A stretch of DNA of 64,000 nucleotides, taken from positions 49,946-113,945 of the forward strand of contig JANOSD010000170.1 of NCBI GenBank assembly GCA_031415655.1, in the 5' to 3' direction. The DNA is from Actinomycetes bacterium. Lineage in GTDB: Bacteria > Actinomycetota > Acidimicrobiia > Acidimicrobiales > Acidimicrobilacustridaceae. A model generated the notes under the pieces. That model did not search any database and was not told the DNA's origin. It worked only from the letters and a program-made list of their open reading frames with translations. Below, piece after piece: positions 62,656 through 64,000 of this stretch. Every line of letters starts with the position of its first letter. Positions within the stretch are counted from its first letter, which is position 1. A program made the translations under genes and the position numbers.

Positions 62656-64000
62656 CTAGAGGTGGGGGTCAAGCACGCGGATCACGCTGCCAACCCGCCG
62701 GACAACGTCGAGGGCGCCAAGATCGACGAGCGTGGCGCGCATGTTCTGCTCGCGGGCGGCATGGGTGAGGAACACCAGGTCGGCACCAGAACCGGTGCCG
62801 TTTTGTTCCATCGAGCTGATCGATACGCCGTGGGTACCAAACACGCCAGCCACGGCAGCCAGTACCCCCGGACGATCAGCCACATCGAGGCGGAGGTAGA
62901 AGGGAGTGAAGAGCTCGTCGGCGGATCGAAAGGCGGCCGTGCCGAGGGCACCGATTACGGCGTGGGCCCGACGGTGTCGGTTCACGGCGGCGTCGATCAC
63001 ATCACCAAGCACAGCCGAGGCAGTAGGACCGCCGCCGGCACCTCGCCCGTAGAACATGAGGTCGCCGACTGCGGCGCCCTCTACGAACACGGCGTTGAAA
63101 CTCTCCCGTACCGACGCCAATGGGTGGGTCGTGGGAACGAACGCCGGGTGCACCCGGACGGAGAGGTCGTGGGGGCTCGATCCGAGTACACCTGCGGCGG
63201 TGCCGTCGGCGACCGACGCAGGGCCTACCACCGCAGGGCCTACCGCCGGGAGGAGTTCAGCGATGGCGAGGAGCTTCACGGCATACCCGTGACGGGCGGC
63301 GAAGGCGATGTCGGTGGCAGCGATTCCAGTGATTCCTTCGCACGCCACGTCGGACGCCGTGACATCTACGCCAAATGCAATGCTGGCGATGATGGCGCAC
63401 TTGCTCGCCGCATCGTGGCCGTCTACGTCGGCCGTGGGATCGGCTTCGGCGTAACCGAGCGCCTGCGCCTCGGCCAACACATCGGCGTACGCCGCGCCCT
63501 CCTCGGCCATCTTGGTGAGGATGTAGTTCGTGGTGCCGTTCACAATCCCCATCACCCGTTGAATTGGTTCGCCGAGCAACGACTCCCGCAACGCCCGAAC
63601 CAGCGGGATTCCGCCGGCGACCGCAGCCTCGAAGAGCAGATCCACCCCGGCCGCGGCGGCGGCGGCAAACAACTCCGACCCCGCTCGGGCGAGGAGTTCC
63701 TTGTTTCCGGTGACCACTGGTTTGCCGGCAGCCAGCGCGGCAAGGACCAGCGATTTCGCGGGAGCGACCCCACCCATGACTTCAATCACGATGTCGACGT
63801 CAGGATTTTCGACCACGAGGGTCGGATCATCGGTGAAAAGCGACGCCGGTAGATCGACCTCGCGGTGTTTGGAGAGATCTCGTACCGCGACCTGCGTCAC
63901 CTCGAGCCGAACACCTGTGCGCTCGGTGATGACCGCCTCCTGCTCATGCAGCAATGCCACCAGCGCCGCGCCCACGGTGCCGCAGCCGAGCAGGCCAAGG
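62656..64000 (-). CDS. hom: Homoserine dehydrogenase (5' end beyond the window)
   Basis: Translation from the window end reads LGLLGCGTVGAAL... (NAD-binding GxGxxG). Central catalytic domain and C-terminal ACT domain. Coding continues past position 64000. Confidence 0.85.
   Translation of the reverse strand, partial: LGLLGCGTVGAALVALLHEQEAVITERTGVRLEVTQVAVRDLSKHREVDLPASLFTDDPTLVVENPDVDIVIEVMGGVAPAKSLVLAALAAGKPVVTGNKELLARAGSELFAAAAAAGVDLLFEAAVAGGIPLVRALRESLLGEPIQRVMGIVNGTTNYILTKMAEEGAAYADVLAEAQALGYAEADPTADVDGHDAASKCAIIASIAFGVDVTASDVACEGITGIAATDIAFAARHGYAVKLLAIAELLPAVGPAVVGPASVADGTAAGVLGSSPHDLSVRVHPAFVPTTHPLASVRESFNAVFVEGAAVGDLMFYGRGAGGGPTASAVLGDVIDAAVNRHRRAHAVIGALGTAAFRSADELFTPFYLRLDVADRPGVLAAVAGVFGTHGVSISSMEQNGTGSGADLVFLTHAAREQNMRATLVDLGALDVVRRVGSVIRVLDPHL

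Noticed and set aside
59494-63852. ORFs 59494-61890 (+, 798 aa) and 61903-63852 (+, 649 aa)
   Set aside because: Antisense to the ABC-F, ApgM-like, thrC and hom genes, all of which are strongly supported by conserved motifs.

Overview
High-GC (~68-70%) actinobacterial-type chromosomal segment, mostly core and housekeeping genes. One ~2.45 kb low-GC island is inserted at the 3' end of glgB.

Recognisable genes include serA (3' truncated) and cysE; a Hanks Ser/Thr kinase divergent from a 1222-aa FHA-ABC exporter-cNMP fusion followed by a GAF protein and an intracellular subtilase; a TylF-like methyltransferase plus carboxylesterase; a DEAD-box helicase; a membrane GGDEF(degenerate)-EAL protein; pepN; glgX; a treS-mak/malQ/glgB operon; mannosyltransferase-like GT-C membrane proteins; an MgtE-like transporter; a glycosylation cluster (CgeB-like GT, GT4, PhyH-like dioxygenase); an S9 peptidase; SPFH, LLM oxidoreductase and DUF1697 genes; serC; an ABC-F ATPase; and a thr operon (hom, thrC, ApgM-type putative homoserine kinase; hom truncated at the window end).

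No rRNA, tRNA, CRISPR array, transposase or integrase was recognised.

The most unusual content is a kinase / FHA-ABC-cNMP exporter / GAF / subtilase module with a PqqD-like fusion gene nearby. Also notable are the repeat-flanked low-GC island carrying a frameshifted secreted metzincin, two sets of duplicated small envelope-protein genes, a long structured leader upstream of the MgtE-like gene, and multiple in-frame 15-18 bp tandem repeats.
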